Virus record (IMG/VR): IMGVR_UViG_3300042731_008397 | Coordinates: 68,055 to 132,054 of that record | DNA: 64,000 bases | Strand: one strand, 5' to 3' | Source of the DNA: a virus | Lineage: Duplodnaviria; Caudoviricetes | Shown: positions 28,905-39,164 of the stretch, piece by piece | How the letters are laid out: every line of letters starts with the position of its first letter | How positions within the stretch are numbered: position 1 is the first letter of the stretch | Program-made: the position numbers and the translations under genes | The notes under the pieces: generated by a model | Database searches by the model: none | Told to the model about the DNA's origin: nothing | What the model saw: the letters and a program-made list of their open reading frames with translations, nothing else

Positions 28905-30677
28905 TTAAGTTGTCCGATAAAAGGTCACATAGAATCTTAAAAGTTCATCTTTCTCCTTTAATAAGGGAGAAGTGCCTTGGTTGCTTTCTTGTAAACTTTT
29001 CCGGGTTAGATCTTGGAGTTCTTTTTCTACTGACAGACGGGCGTAATAATCGAGGCAATCAGTAATTATAGAATCTGCTGCCTCTCCCGTTATCGGGGTT
29101 GCCACAAGAGCCGTGATATAGGTATGGTATTCTGGTGAGACTTTATGGAGGATAGCCCCTAAATTGGGACTCTCCGAAGGATCGGCCAAAAAGTGAGAAA
29201 TTACTATCTGACCTACTTCCGTCATTTGGGCAGGGTCAACAGAATATTCTTGCCGCCGATCCCTCGGTAAACCGGCTAATGCCCGTATGAACAGGCGTTC
29301 CGCCGGTGGTAATGTTACTTGCTTAGATTTAAGGGGTTTAGGAGAAGTTCCTGAAAGAATTCTCCCGAAATGGAGTGCCAATGTTGGATGACTCATTTGT
29401 AATTTTTCTGCCAGCACCTCTAACTGGGATAGCCGTGGCCGTCCTGCCGGTAACTGGGAGAGAAGAGTTCCGATAGTAGTCAAACATTTCCATTCTTGAG
29501 TCATCCCGGATTTAGGCTGATAATGGGCAATAATCTGGTCATATAAAAAATGCAGTAATGGCACAGACTTGGTAAGATATGATTCAAACTCCACTTGCCT
29601 TTCGGGGAGCAAGGAAGCAGGGTCTTCATTTAAAGGAAGAGAAATAACTTGAATATTTTTTTCCAGTAATAGCCGTTTGGCGGTTTTTGTGAACGTCAAT
29701 GTTCCGTCTTTCATAAAATGCCGGGAAATAGCTCTTTTCCCGGCGACATCCCCGTCAAAAAGACAGATTAAAGTATCCGCGTATCTGCCCAAATTCTCTA
29801 TATGATCCTCAGTGAGGGCAGTTCCGAGCGTTCCAATAACATTCGGATGATGGCATTGCCACATAAGGATCGGATCAAAATAACCTTCTGTTAAAAAGAC
29901 TTGTCGGGCTTTTCTGATAGAGTCTTTAGCAAGATGAAACCCGAAAAGTGTTTGTCCTTTCTTAAAGACTTCCGATTCGGGGCTATTGAGATATTTCGGT
30001 TGTTCGTGTCGGCGTGAAGTAGGCATGGAGTCATCTAAAATCCGACCGCCAAAAGCAACAAGCTTTCCTCTTCCGTTATAAATCGGGATGATAACCCGAT
30101 GCCTGAAAAAATCGTAATGTGTGTGTTTTTTCGAATGTTCCTGGATTAACCCGAATTTCAACATGTCTTCTATTTTAAACTGGGAACCCAGTTGCCTCAA
30201 TAGCCGTGTCCAGGCATTAGGCGCATATCCTAAACCATATTTCCGGATCGTTTCATCTTTTAATCCCCGGTTACGTAAGTAAGAAAGGGCAGGATTTTTG
30301 CTTTCCCAAAGACATGTTTGGAAAAATGCCAAGGCTGCCTCTAATAGGCTGTCATCATATTGAGGCGGAGTGTCTTGACCCCGATCAGGAAGTGAGATAC
30401 CCGCTTTCCCTGCCAGAAGTTGGACGGCTTCAGGAAAGGTACAGTGATTAATCTTCATAATGAAATCAAAAACGTCTCCGCCTTCGCCACATTGCCCAAA
30501 ACATTTCCAGTATTGCCCTTTCGGGTTGACCATAAAGGACGGGGTTTTCTCATGATGAAATGGGCAAAGTCCTTTTAGCCAGTTCCCACCTTTTTTCAAA
30601 AAAACATATTCTGGTATGACTTCTTCTAACGGGCTTTTTTGCTGGATTTCTCTGATTAACTCGTTTGGATATTTCAT
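28905..30677 (-). CDS. dnaG: DNA primase
   Basis: CHC2 finger CPFHHEKTPSF..CFGQC, KYLNSPES, TOPRIM EGYFD/FDGD. Confidence 0.96.
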   Translation of the reverse strand: MKYPNELIREIQQKSPLEEVIPEYVFLKKGGNWLKGLCPFHHEKTPSFMVNPKGQYWKCFGQCGEGGDVFDFIMKINHCTFPEAVQLLAGKAGISLPDRGQDTPPQYDDSLLEAALAFFQTCLWESKNPALSYLRNRGLKDETIRKYGLGYAPNAWTRLLRQLGSQFKIEDMLKFGLIQEHSKKHTHYDFFRHRVIIPIYNGRGKLVAFGGRILDDSMPTSRRHEQPKYLNSPESEVFKKGQTLFGFHLAKDSIRKARQVFLTEGYFDPILMWQCHHPNVIGTLGTALTEDHIENLGRYADTLICLFDGDVAGKRAISRHFMKDGTLTFTKTAKRLLLEKNIQVISLPLNEDPASLLPERQVEFESYLTKSVPLLHFLYDQIIAHYQPKSGMTQEWKCLTTIGTLLSQLPAGRPRLSQLEVLAEKLQMSHPTLALHFGRILSGTSPKPLKSKQVTLPPAERLFIRALAGLPRDRRQEYSVDPAQMTEVGQIVISHFLADPSESPNLGAILHKVSPEYHTYITALVATPITGEAADSIITDCLDYYARLSVEKELQDLTRKSLQESNQGTSPLLKEKDELLRFYVTFYRTT

Positions 30678-30774
30678 GATTTACCATAATGGCGTACAGC
30701 CGCTTACTACAACGGCTAATCCGATCAATGGTATTACAACAAAAGCAAACTTAAAAAATAATCGGTTCATGTCG

Positions 30775-31977
30775 CTACCTCGCTAATTGACGGGTTGCTT
30801 CTAACAATTCCGTCTGTAAAGGTTTATATTTCGGGTGGTCTTTTGTGTATTGTTCCACTTGAGTCTCAATAGCGTCCTCAAGTGTAACCGTGACCGCCTG
30901 TTGCTCCGTGTCTCGGTGTAAAGGGGTTATTTCGACATGGGATATAAAATGAACACCTTTTTGTTTAAACAACTTAAAGATGGAAGAAAGCATCCCACGA
31001 ACTGCCATTATCCGGTCAGTGCGGATTTCAATTTTGACAATTGCCCTTTCAATATTGTAACTGAGTAAGGCAGTTTCGATTTTTTCAAGAGAGTCAATCC
31101 CTTCCATCGTAAAACAAAATTGATGAAACTCTCTTGCAGGGGATTCTATAAAATCATATTCTCCGAAATCTGTTCTTCGGAGAGTCACAAAAACCCCTCC
31201 TTTCGGGTCATTTCGTTCTCCAAACGTAACCCGTTCAAGTGTCCCTGAATATACTATTGGAGGCGTATTTGACACCCCAATAGAATGATCATTCCCGATA
31301 TTCTGGTATTTATGAATATGTCCCATTGCCACGTATTGGACTTCAGGAAATGTAAAAAGATGTCGAGGGACAACCGGCTCCGTTCGTCCTGGCATAGAGA
31401 GTCTTCTCTCTGTGCCTTCATAGGTAGCCCCCTCAATTCCAAAATGCCCTAAAAAGATTGTCGGAATGGTATCTAACCCTTGTAACAGCATTTGGATTGT
31501 CTCTGTGTATCCAGCCTCTAAATCTGGATATTGAGATGGCAGTAACCACGGAACAGCGATAACCCTTAAAGGCAAGCCTTTTTTTGTCTCTATAACCCTG
31601 CTACAGGGGGTTTTTAGAATGAATAGTGATTTGAAAGTAAATTCTCCTAATGCCTGAAGAAGGGAAATCCCTTGGGCACTATTAGGGAGATCATGATTCC
31701 CTGGTATCATGATAATAGGAATTTTTTCTTGTGTCACGGGTTGCAATGCCTGAGCTAACTTCGCTATATACACGGGCTCCATAGACCATGTGTGGCAAAT
31801 ATCTCCTGCAATAACCAAAGCGTCCATATCCCGTTCTAATCCGGTTTTAATTAGAAATGTCAAGCTGTTTAGGATGTCCTGAGTTCGTGAATGTATCCGA
31901 GTCACCGGATCAAAACGCCCGTGTGTTCTCATGTTCAGGTGAATATCGCCTAAATGTAGAAATTTTATAGTATCCAT
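30775..31977 (-). CDS. sbcD: SbcD/Mre11 nuclease
   Basis: DIHL, AGD, GNHD, GH and MGHIH metallophosphoesterase motifs. Confidence 0.92.
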   Translation of the reverse strand: MDTIKFLHLGDIHLNMRTHGRFDPVTRIHSRTQDILNSLTFLIKTGLERDMDALVIAGDICHTWSMEPVYIAKLAQALQPVTQEKIPIIMIPGNHDLPNSAQGISLLQALGEFTFKSLFILKTPCSRVIETKKGLPLRVIAVPWLLPSQYPDLEAGYTETIQMLLQGLDTIPTIFLGHFGIEGATYEGTERRLSMPGRTEPVVPRHLFTFPEVQYVAMGHIHKYQNIGNDHSIGVSNTPPIVYSGTLERVTFGERNDPKGGVFVTLRRTDFGEYDFIESPAREFHQFCFTMEGIDSLEKIETALLSYNIERAIVKIEIRTDRIMAVRGMLSSIFKLFKQKGVHFISHVEITPLHRDTEQQAVTVTLEDAIETQVEQYTKDHPKYKPLQTELLEATRQLAR

Positions 31978-32003
31978 TTTTCTCCTTTTTTAATTGCAGT
32001 CCT

Positions 32004-32157
32004 GTAAGGCTCCCCATCTTGTGGGGAGTACGGTTTCCTGGCTTAGGTGTAAGGGTGAAAGTGTCCGTAACTGGGAACGTCGTTGCGGAGTTCCAGTACT
32101 TACATCTATTTAGCACGTCCTCAGAACCGGGTATCTCCCGGTTAAAGCTGAGGTAAG
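32004..32157 (-). ncRNA. Structured RNA family B, copy 1 (IscB/IsrB omegaRNA-like)
   Basis: CCTCAG..CTGAGG ACGTGC; TAGATGTAAG/CTTACACCTA stem; loop GACGTTCCCA; CAGGAAACC; CTCCCCACAAGATGGGGAG CCTTAC. Confidence 0.75.
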
Positions 32158-32382
32158 CGTCCATTTAGATACAATGATTTGATCTGTGAAAGTTCCGGTT
32201 TCAGAGAAAGGTTGGGTTTGAGTGCATCTGAATTGATCCCGACTTTCGGGTGGATCGCTACAAATACCATATTCTCCACTGATGTCCCGGCAATTTTCTT
32301 CTAATAAGAAAAAATATAACAGGAAAAAGCCTATTACAGGTTTTCCTTCTGGTGTTGTTTCGATTAATTCTTGTAAGGTCAT
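32110..32382 (-). CDS. Hypothetical protein
   Basis: AAGGAG RBS and upstream TTGACA; 3' end runs into RNA copy 1. Confidence 0.4.
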   Translation of the reverse strand: MTLQELIETTPEGKPVIGFFLLYFFLLEENCRDISGEYGICSDPPESRDQFRCTQTQPFSETGTFTDQIIVSKWTLTSALTGRYPVLRTC

Positions 32383-32460
32383 CTCTTCTCCTTATAAAAC
32401 AAATATGATAATGTCAAGACATTTTTTCTGAGTAGTCAACATAAATAGCGAAAAAGCCCG

Positions 32461-32655
32461 TTAGACAAAGCCTTTTTCCTCTGCTAACCATCGAGGAAGT
32501 TTAATGGTTGTTACTTCGCCCGTCATTATATCGGACTCATCAAATTCAATTTGGCTTATCGGCAACCATATCTCTTCATCCCCGTAAGCAACGAGGATCG
32601 CCATATCGGTAGCTTGTATTATATCACCTTCGATTTCTACTATTTCTTCTGCCAT
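32461..32655 (-). CDS. Small acidic phage protein
   Basis: ATDMAILV..GDEEIWLPISQI..LPRWLAEEKG, a common phage-type motif. Confidence 0.65.
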   Translation of the reverse strand: MAEEIVEIEGDIIQATDMAILVAYGDEEIWLPISQIEFDESDIMTGEVTTIKLPRWLAEEKGFV

Positions 32656-32661
32656 TACCCG

Positions 32662-32958
32662 TTATAAGAGGCTCATTTGGACTCCCTGAATTCCAAATCT
32701 TGACGGATTCTCTAAAATCATCCAAAATGTAATTAGAACCGCACGGATTTTGAGGAGTTCACGGTCTCTTTCCAGTTTTGACCGCTCTAAGGCATCATTG
32801 ACTAGCTTTTCGATATAACGGTCACCTGCCCGAGGATCAAGTTCATGGATACGTCTTGCAAACTCAGCCGCCCCAGGTATCGGCGGTTGATCTAACCGCA
32901 TTATAAACCAGGGGTCATACTTCTCCAAGATTACCCGTTGTAAGGGGGTCATTGTCAT
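32662..32958 (-). CDS. Hypothetical protein
   Basis: In an operon; ends QMSLL. Confidence 0.5.
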   Translation of the reverse strand: MTMTPLQRVILEKYDPWFIMRLDQPPIPGAAEFARRIHELDPRAGDRYIEKLVNDALERSKLERDRELLKIRAVLITFWMILENPSRFGIQGVQMSLL

Positions 32959-33035
32959 TAGTGTTATTCCAAATAATGTAAATGCTCCAATTCTTCGGCT
33001 TCTTTTTTACTTTCCGGGTGTTCTTTTGCCAGAGC

Positions 33036-33275
33036 CTAGGCAATCTTCTGTAACCACGGGTCATGAATGTCTAATTGATCGGCAATCCATTCGTATTTGC
33101 CCGGATCACGGAGTACCTCAAGGACGATATTCAAACATAATTCAAGGTCTTCTCTGTCTAACCCGTCAGGCAAAAGAACTGACCGGTCATAATCATCTTT
33201 TGGGACAAGTTGAACCATCCCGTCATACGGAGAGGAAAGTTCAATCGGAATAATGCTTATCGGTTGTTTTAGCAT
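33036..33275 (-). CDS. Hypothetical protein
   Basis: GAGG RBS. Confidence 0.5.
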   Translation of the reverse strand: MLKQPISIIPIELSSPYDGMVQLVPKDDYDRSVLLPDGLDREDLELCLNIVLEVLRDPGKYEWIADQLDIHDPWLQKIA

Positions 33276-33302
33276 AAATAGTTCCTCTTGTTGTTGTTAA
33301 TA

Positions 33303-33402
33303 TTGTCAAATTTCGATTGTAAGACGTTGGAACGTCAATCCCTATACCTATAGGGGTTATGTCCCAAAGTCCTCATGTGGCGTCTCTCAGAGCGCCAGAG
33401 TG
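33303..33402 (-). repeat. Dispersed element A, copy 3
   Basis: Minus strand ctctggcgctctgagagacgcc...cccctataggtatagggattgacgttcc...ttacaatcgaaatttgaca. Confidence 0.85.
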
Positions 33403-33407
33403 TTAAA

Positions 33408-33632
33408 TTATTTGTATGCCGTGCCTGCTTTCCAATTTAGCATCAAAGCCACGTTAAAGATACGTTCAGCCTGATATTTCACGTTTTTAGGTAAATCATC
33501 CCATGCCCATTCTTGGATTTTATGCTTTTTTAGGGCACATCCACGGGCAAGAGACACTTTCGGGCCTGAAAGAATACATTTTATAACAAGTGCCCGTTGC
33601 CAAGTCTCCATGATGTTCCAAAGTTCTTTCAC
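33408..33632 (-). CDS. Hypothetical protein
   Basis: Overlaps the sbcC stop. Confidence 0.45.
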   Translation of the reverse strand: MKELWNIMETWQRALVIKCILSGPKVSLARGCALKKHKIQEWAWDDLPKNVKYQAERIFNVALMLNWKAGTAYK

Positions 33633-36238
33633 GTTATGACGGCTAATGTTGAGCCTTCGCCTGGAATCTTGTTTACTTCAATCCTCGCGGGGAATTGCTC
33701 TTTTAGTTCCTCTATATGGGTGATAACAATGATTTTTAAGAAGTCTTCAGCCAGATCATATATTGCCCTTAAAAAATTCTCCCGTCCTTCGGCGTCTTGA
33801 CTGCCAAATCCTTCGTCAATAACAAGCACTTTTAACGGAAGCCCGGTATGTCGTTTACAAAGTAATTGCGCCAGTCCTACCCGGATGGCAAAGTTGATCC
33901 GGAACTGTTCTCCGCCCGAAAATAACTCATAAGGCTGTTCAAACCCTCCGTACTGGCACATAATTTCTAACAGTTCAACCGTGTTACCTGAACCCGTTTC
34001 ATATTCGGTTTTGAAATAGATAGCCGCGCCTCTCAAGAGACGTTGAAGGATGTCGTTTACTTCTTTCTCAAACTCTGGTAACGCTGTTGTTGTTAACCAT
34101 GCGGGGATTCCGTCTCTTCCAAAAATCTCTTGTAGGTATGCAAAGACCTGGACATTCTTTTCTAATCGGGCAATTTCCACAGAAAGCTCCGCAAGTGTGT
34201 TCATAAGCTCCTCTTGACGGGTTGTTAATGCTTCTTTTTGCCCAACACGGCGTTGTAGCATATCACAAGATTGTTGCCAACTCTGGACTGACCGGGTGAT
34301 TTCATCCAAATGACGGGTATCTTGCTGCAAGGTTTCAATTTTTTGTCTCAGGTCTTCCCGTTCTTTGGTCAACCTTTCAATCTTCAGTAAAAGATCACCA
34401 ATACGCTGTTCTTCCTGCTCACAAATTGGCGTAAGGGTTTCAACGCCCGATTTGGCGACGGTTAGCTGTTCATATAAAACATTATTGTTTTGTAATTCCT
34501 TATCTCCGAGTAACACTCGGATTCTTTCGTGTTCCTCGGCATCATATTCAGGAAGGACCAACTTATTCAGTTTTTCCTCAAGAGATTCTTTGTATTCTCC
34601 CGTCTTAAGGAGCGTTTGCAGTTTCTCATAACGCTGTCTTTTGACACTTATACTTGCCTGAAGGTATGTTATATCTTCTGTAACCGATGTTAAGCGTTCC
34701 GCTATTCGGGTTAATTCAACCTGTGTATCCCGTACCACGTCAAGAGTCTGTTCTATTTCGGCATGTCTTGTATTTAGCTCCGGTTGTTTGCTTTTTATTG
34801 CCATGTTTGCCTCTGCAAACTTCCTTGATTTCTCTTTTTCCCGAATAAGTTCTATAAGAAGCCGTTTAAACGCTTCTTCAGAGAGAGGTTGACTACAAAG
34901 CGGGCACTCTGCCGTTCCTTCCGGGGCTTCTTCAAGAAATTTTATCTTTTTGTTTAATTCTTGCTCTTGGGTTAACAACCGCTTTGTCTCCTCGCTACGG
35001 GCATTGTCTTCCGAAAAAGCCTCTCGGAGGTCTTTTTCGCAAATTACCCGTTGCTCTTCCAATTCAATTATTCTCTGTTCAACCTTTATACGGGAGCTTA
35101 ACCGCTCTTCAAGTTCAGTTTTTTCTTTTTGCTTCTCTTCTAACTGTAAGGTTTCCGTTTCAAGGGCTTCCTGGGTTGTTTTTAAGTCTTTTTCAAGATT
35201 TCGTTTAAGCTCCTCTATGCGGGTCAAGATGACCTTTTGTTCAGAGCTTATCCGTAAAAACTCCTGGTAAACCTGATCGATGGATGACGCCTTTATCCGG
35301 GCTTCTTCATAAACCGTATGCGCCTTGACAACCTCTTCTTCCTTTTTAAGAATTTCATGGTATTGTTGGATTGTTTCTTTATGGGCATTTAATGACCGAT
35401 CGAGGGATATTTTTGTCTCTTCTACCCCCGTAACCTCTTGTGAGATGGTTGTGATCCGTTCTTTTGCCTTATTAAGCTCTATTTCCTGAGCTTTTAGTTT
35501 TTGAAGAGTCTCTTTTTCATGCTCTAATCGGGCTTTGGCGACCCCTAAGTCTTTTTCAACATCTTTAAGTTCCTTCAAGTCTTCCGTTACCTGTTCTAAA
35601 GCTGCCGTACTTTGGGAAAAGTGATACTGTAAGCCTCCCAACTTCCCCGCAAATTGGTCATGTTCCTGCTTTGCTTTTCTACTGAGGACTTTAAATCTCT
35701 CCAATCCGATTACTTCATGAAATATTTCCTTTCTTTGGGCTGGACGGGCTTCTGTAAATCTTCCGGCATTATTTTGTTTTAAAAAGACCGAGGAAACGAA
35801 GGTTTCAAATCTCATCCCCACTATTCGGGTGATCTCTTCCTGTGTTCCTTTATTTGTTTTCCCCGTTAATGACCGAAATTTGGGGGAAATTTGTTCAAAA
35901 GTGATTTTCATTGTACTTTTATCCAGATCATGTGAAGAAGATAGATAAAGTTCCCGATAGACGGTGAATGTGCTATTGTTTTTGTCAAGTAACCGGAATG
36001 TAAATTCAACCGAGCACGATCTGGTACCATGCCGGATCACCCCAGTTCCTGGGGTAGCCTTTCGCCCTGCTTTCCGTGCTTGTCCCCAAATTGCCCAGGT
36101 TAAGGCGTCAAGTAATGAGGATTTTCCATTTCCGTTCTGTCCCGAAAGGCAAATTAAATGCAGTTCCTCGAAATTGATTTCCGGGACATCTTCGCCGTAA
36201 CATAAAAAATTACTTACTTTCAATGTTACTGGTATCAT
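33629..36238 (-). CDS. sbcC: SbcC/Rad50 SMC-type ATPase
   Basis: GQNGNGKSS, Q-loop, coiled coils, CPLC hook, FSGGE, IDEGFGSQD, ITH. Confidence 0.95.
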   Translation of the reverse strand: MIPVTLKVSNFLCYGEDVPEINFEELHLICLSGQNGNGKSSLLDALTWAIWGQARKAGRKATPGTGVIRHGTRSCSVEFTFRLLDKNNSTFTVYRELYLSSSHDLDKSTMKITFEQISPKFRSLTGKTNKGTQEEITRIVGMRFETFVSSVFLKQNNAGRFTEARPAQRKEIFHEVIGLERFKVLSRKAKQEHDQFAGKLGGLQYHFSQSTAALEQVTEDLKELKDVEKDLGVAKARLEHEKETLQKLKAQEIELNKAKERITTISQEVTGVEETKISLDRSLNAHKETIQQYHEILKKEEEVVKAHTVYEEARIKASSIDQVYQEFLRISSEQKVILTRIEELKRNLEKDLKTTQEALETETLQLEEKQKEKTELEERLSSRIKVEQRIIELEEQRVICEKDLREAFSEDNARSEETKRLLTQEQELNKKIKFLEEAPEGTAECPLCSQPLSEEAFKRLLIELIREKEKSRKFAEANMAIKSKQPELNTRHAEIEQTLDVVRDTQVELTRIAERLTSVTEDITYLQASISVKRQRYEKLQTLLKTGEYKESLEEKLNKLVLPEYDAEEHERIRVLLGDKELQNNNVLYEQLTVAKSGVETLTPICEQEEQRIGDLLLKIERLTKEREDLRQKIETLQQDTRHLDEITRSVQSWQQSCDMLQRRVGQKEALTTRQEELMNTLAELSVEIARLEKNVQVFAYLQEIFGRDGIPAWLTTTALPEFEKEVNDILQRLLRGAAIYFKTEYETGSGNTVELLEIMCQYGGFEQPYELFSGGEQFRINFAIRVGLAQLLCKRHTGLPLKVLVIDEGFGSQDAEGRENFLRAIYDLAEDFLKIIVITHIEELKEQFPARIEVNKIPGEGSTLAVIT

Positions 36239-36455
36239 TGTCTTCTCTTCCCGTTAGCCGGTCAATAAATGCCATTGCTTTTGTAATCGCTTCTGACCGT
36301 TGCGCGGGCAGTCCTATTATAAACCGATATTGTTTTCTCACAAAATACCCGTCTTTTGCAGGTTCTCTGACCTGAATTGTTGCCGTTTTTTTCCGTCCTT
36401 TTCCTGCTTTTCCATGCCCCTCCGATTGGGCAATGTCATATCCTTTGTATCGCAT
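36210..36455 (-). CDS. Small basic hypothetical protein
   Basis: 81 aa upstream of sbcC. Confidence 0.5.
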   Translation of the reverse strand: MRYKGYDIAQSEGHGKAGKGRKKTATIQVREPAKDGYFVRKQYRFIIGLPAQRSEAITKAMAFIDRLTGREDNDTSNIESK

Positions 36456-36596
36456 CTTTCAATTTCCTTCAGAAATCTCTGAAAGCGTTTGGAGGAAGGC
36501 GCGAGCCTCCCTCGCTGGACGTGAAATGCGCCACATAGCCGGTCAACATTTCTGCCTTCCGGGTACTTTTTCTTTGAGTCAACACCGTATCCAGGA

Positions 36597-37343
36597 TTAA
36601 CTATTGTACTGTATTACCGGGACATAACCTTCTTTAGCCTGCCAGAGTCCTAATTGTACGGGCCTTTCCTGCGTTACTGGCTCACGCGGTTTTTGGTAAT
36701 GAGGACAATCAATATTCCCGATTTTTGACTCACATTCGGCGCATAACCGCCATTGACGGTCTTTATCCTCCCACGCGGTTTTTTCGACCTGTTCACCGCC
36801 TGGGCATAGAACCGTCTCCCGATATTTCGGGCACGGATCGGGATATTCGGTAAAATATTCCGGATCGCCGCACTCTTTGAGGTCTTCATTCCAACAAAGG
36901 CATGTATGGCATTTGTCAAGCGGATACTTGTAAAGATAAACAACATCATCCGCCCCGGCTTGAAAAAATTCAACCAGCCATTGTTCTCCGTGTAAGTAAC
37001 GGACATATCCAGAGTTTTCTTCTATATCATACCACGATATTTCAATATAGTAAACTCCCGATTCAAGGCTGGTTTTTTCAATGCTGCCTTTCCATAAGTT
37101 CTCTTTTGTCTCCATCACGGCAAAAGGAGCTAACACTTCCCGAACAAGGCGATTCCGCTCCTCTTGAAAATTATAGCCCGGAGCGGCATATACCATTTTA
37201 GGGATCGGGAAAGGCCCTCCTTTCCCTTTTACCAATGTCCCATTACGGACATATTTGTTTAAAAGTCGTTTCTCTTCTTTCGATAACTGCCCAATGTCGG
37301 TTATAGATTTAGCAATAGCTCTTTGAATTAATTTTGGCGACAT
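36597..37343 (-). CDS. Cys-rich hypothetical protein
   Basis: CHTC, CAEC and further Cys clusters. Confidence 0.55.
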   Translation of the reverse strand: MSPKLIQRAIAKSITDIGQLSKEEKRLLNKYVRNGTLVKGKGGPFPIPKMVYAAPGYNFQEERNRLVREVLAPFAVMETKENLWKGSIEKTSLESGVYYIEISWYDIEENSGYVRYLHGEQWLVEFFQAGADDVVYLYKYPLDKCHTCLCWNEDLKECGDPEYFTEYPDPCPKYRETVLCPGGEQVEKTAWEDKDRQWRLCAECESKIGNIDCPHYQKPREPVTQERPVQLGLWQAKEGYVPVIQYNS

Positions 37344-37360
37344 TATTATATTTTTCTCTT

Positions 37361-37511
37361 GAAAAGCTCCCTATCTTGTAGGGAGTACCGGTTCCCTGAC
37401 CTGGGTACAGGGGTGACAGAGTTTACAAGTGGGAACGTCCTCATAAAGTGTCGTTACCTATATCCATGTGGCACGTCTTTATCCCCACCCGTTAGGCGAA
37501 CATAAAGTAAG
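37361..37511 (-). ncRNA. Structured RNA family B, copy 2
   Basis: CTTTAT..ATAAAG ACGTGC; TGGATATAGG/CCTGTACCCA; GACGTTCCCA loop; CAGGGAACC; CTCCCTACAAGATAGGGAG. Confidence 0.78.
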
Positions 37512-37900
37512 TATAGTCTTTAAAAAACTTCATATCTTATAACTTGCCCAGTTTCAGGGGCTTTTGAGTACCTTTTTTCAGAGCGAATTTAAAAAACTTG
37601 AAAACTACAATTTCCCCGGTTTCAGGGAGTTTTACTTTTTATGTTTATAAGATGTTAAGTTTTTTGAATATAGTCTTTAAAAAACTTAACATCTTACAAC
37701 ATCCCCATCTTCAGGGAGATTAGAGCATGTTTTTTGTATAAGTTTTCAAATTTTTTGACCCTATATATTTCTTTTTAAAATTTCTCTTTAAGAGAAATAA
37801 TATTAAATATATCATTCAAAAAACTTAAAAACTATGGCTAAAATCTTCTGAGTCTGACTGATTAACGGGACTTCTGTAAGATGTTAAGTTTTTTGAATTC
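37512..37900. repeat. Iteron-like repeat cluster, putative replication origin
   Basis: About seven copies in both orientations of TT(T/C)AAAAAACTT(A/C/G)A.A.CT; three T(T/C)TTCAGGG boxes; very AT-rich segment 37760-37830; near the initiator-like gene. Confidence 0.7.
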
Positions 37901-37980
37901 TTATAGTGAATTTTCACGTCAAATTCCTGACTTTGCCCTATTAGCAGCCGCTTTCTCGGAATTCAAATAATTTGAATTCC

Positions 37981-38340
37981 CTAAAAACTCCCGCTATACA
38001 GTCGGCAAGAGTTTAATCGGTTGAATTTTTTCATAACAATATTTTCAGAGAGCCCATACCTTGTTTCTAATCGGGCAATAGCCGCTCTTATTCGGTCCAT
38101 CTCATTGTTAGTCCGGTGAAATGCTGCCCAGTTCATGGTCTCCTGGATGACCTTACCTTTCCCTCCGTCTTCATATTCAGCTTGACCCCATAGATAATCG
38201 AGGTACTGACTTAACTGTTCCCATCTTTCGGCTTTTTTGACCAATCGTTTTTCTTCAGGAGACAGTCCTTTATAAGTAATCTTTAGTCGCCGTGTCCGGA
38301 TCTGGTCTTCTCTGATATTTGCTTTTAAATACTTTTGCAT
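37981..38340 (-). CDS. Hypothetical protein
   Basis: 119 aa ORF. Confidence 0.5.
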   Translation of the reverse strand: MQKYLKANIREDQIRTRRLKITYKGLSPEEKRLVKKAERWEQLSQYLDYLWGQAEYEDGGKGKVIQETMNWAAFHRTNNEMDRIRAAIARLETRYGLSENIVMKKFNRLNSCRLYSGSF

Positions 38341-38354
38341 AGTTTCTAAAAAAT

Positions 38355-38454
38355 ACTCTCTGGCACTCTGAGAGACGCCGTATGGCTCTTTCTCTCATAA
38401 TCCCCTATGAGTATAGGGATTGACATTCCGACTGCTTACAATCGAAATTTGGCA
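38355..38454 (+). repeat. Dispersed element A, copy 4
   Basis: ctctctggcactctgagagacgcc...cccctatgagtatagggattgacattccgactgcttacaatcgaaatttggca. Confidence 0.85.
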
Positions 38455-38456
38455 CG

Positions 38457-39164
38457 TTATGAGACGTTTTCGGTTTTATGTAGCTTAACCAGCACAGGCC
38501 CCATAAGGCTAATAACGTCATCGGATTTCCATTCAGAAAGTTCCCATTCTCTTGTTAAGTCTTGCCGGGTTTCTTGATCACCTCCTGAAGCCCGTAACAA
38601 GAGTTGTTGCAATAATGATGGCTGATCTGGATGTTCGCTAAACCACTGTATAGCGGGCGTCAACTCGTTTCTTCTCCATTCTTTCCAATCAAATTGAGGA
38701 GATGTTTGTACCGGAGCCCCAGTATGCGGTAAAGGAATAACCGGAGTAGTAGAGGATGTTGGACGTAATTTGATTTCTTGTATGATTGCGGTTTCTTCTT
38801 TTTGGCATATAAGGGCGGTCAGCGGCAGAAGATTAACCCGAAAATGCCGCCGTGTGGCGAATTGACGTTTTAATGCTCGAACCTCTCTGAAAAGTACCGT
38901 CTCCGGGATCTTTTCCAACGTTTTTTGTTGCTGGTAATATGAGAGAAGAGTGTCCTTCTCCATTTGTGGAACGGTTTTCCAAAATGTTCCGTCAGGCTGA
39001 AGTTGACCAGCTAAAATAAAGTAAATCTGTTGACTTGTTAAATAGAGCATAATCCGGTCTGCCGGTGTCCCCCAAACTGCCGTAAGACGGTAAAGGACAA
39101 TCCAAGTATCTCTCGGAATAATATCGAAAAACATTGGAGCTATTAAAGAATTGACATCTTCCAT
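38457..39164 (-). CDS. Putative replication initiator (N-terminal winged HTH)
   Basis: FWKTVPQMEKDTLLSYYQQQKTL...RRHFRVN resembles phage initiator wHTH domains; iterons nearby. Confidence 0.55.
   Translation of the reverse strand: MEDVNSLIAPMFFDIIPRDTWIVLYRLTAVWGTPADRIMLYLTSQQIYFILAGQLQPDGTFWKTVPQMEKDTLLSYYQQQKTLEKIPETVLFREVRALKRQFATRRHFRVNLLPLTALICQKEETAIIQEIKLRPTSSTTPVIPLPHTGAPVQTSPQFDWKEWRRNELTPAIQWFSEHPDQPSLLQQLLLRASGGDQETRQDLTREWELSEWKSDDVISLMGPVLVKLHKTENVS

Noticed and set aside
37512-37900. CRISPR array
   Set aside because: Repeats are degenerate, in mixed orientation and irregularly spaced; no cas genes; iterons fit better
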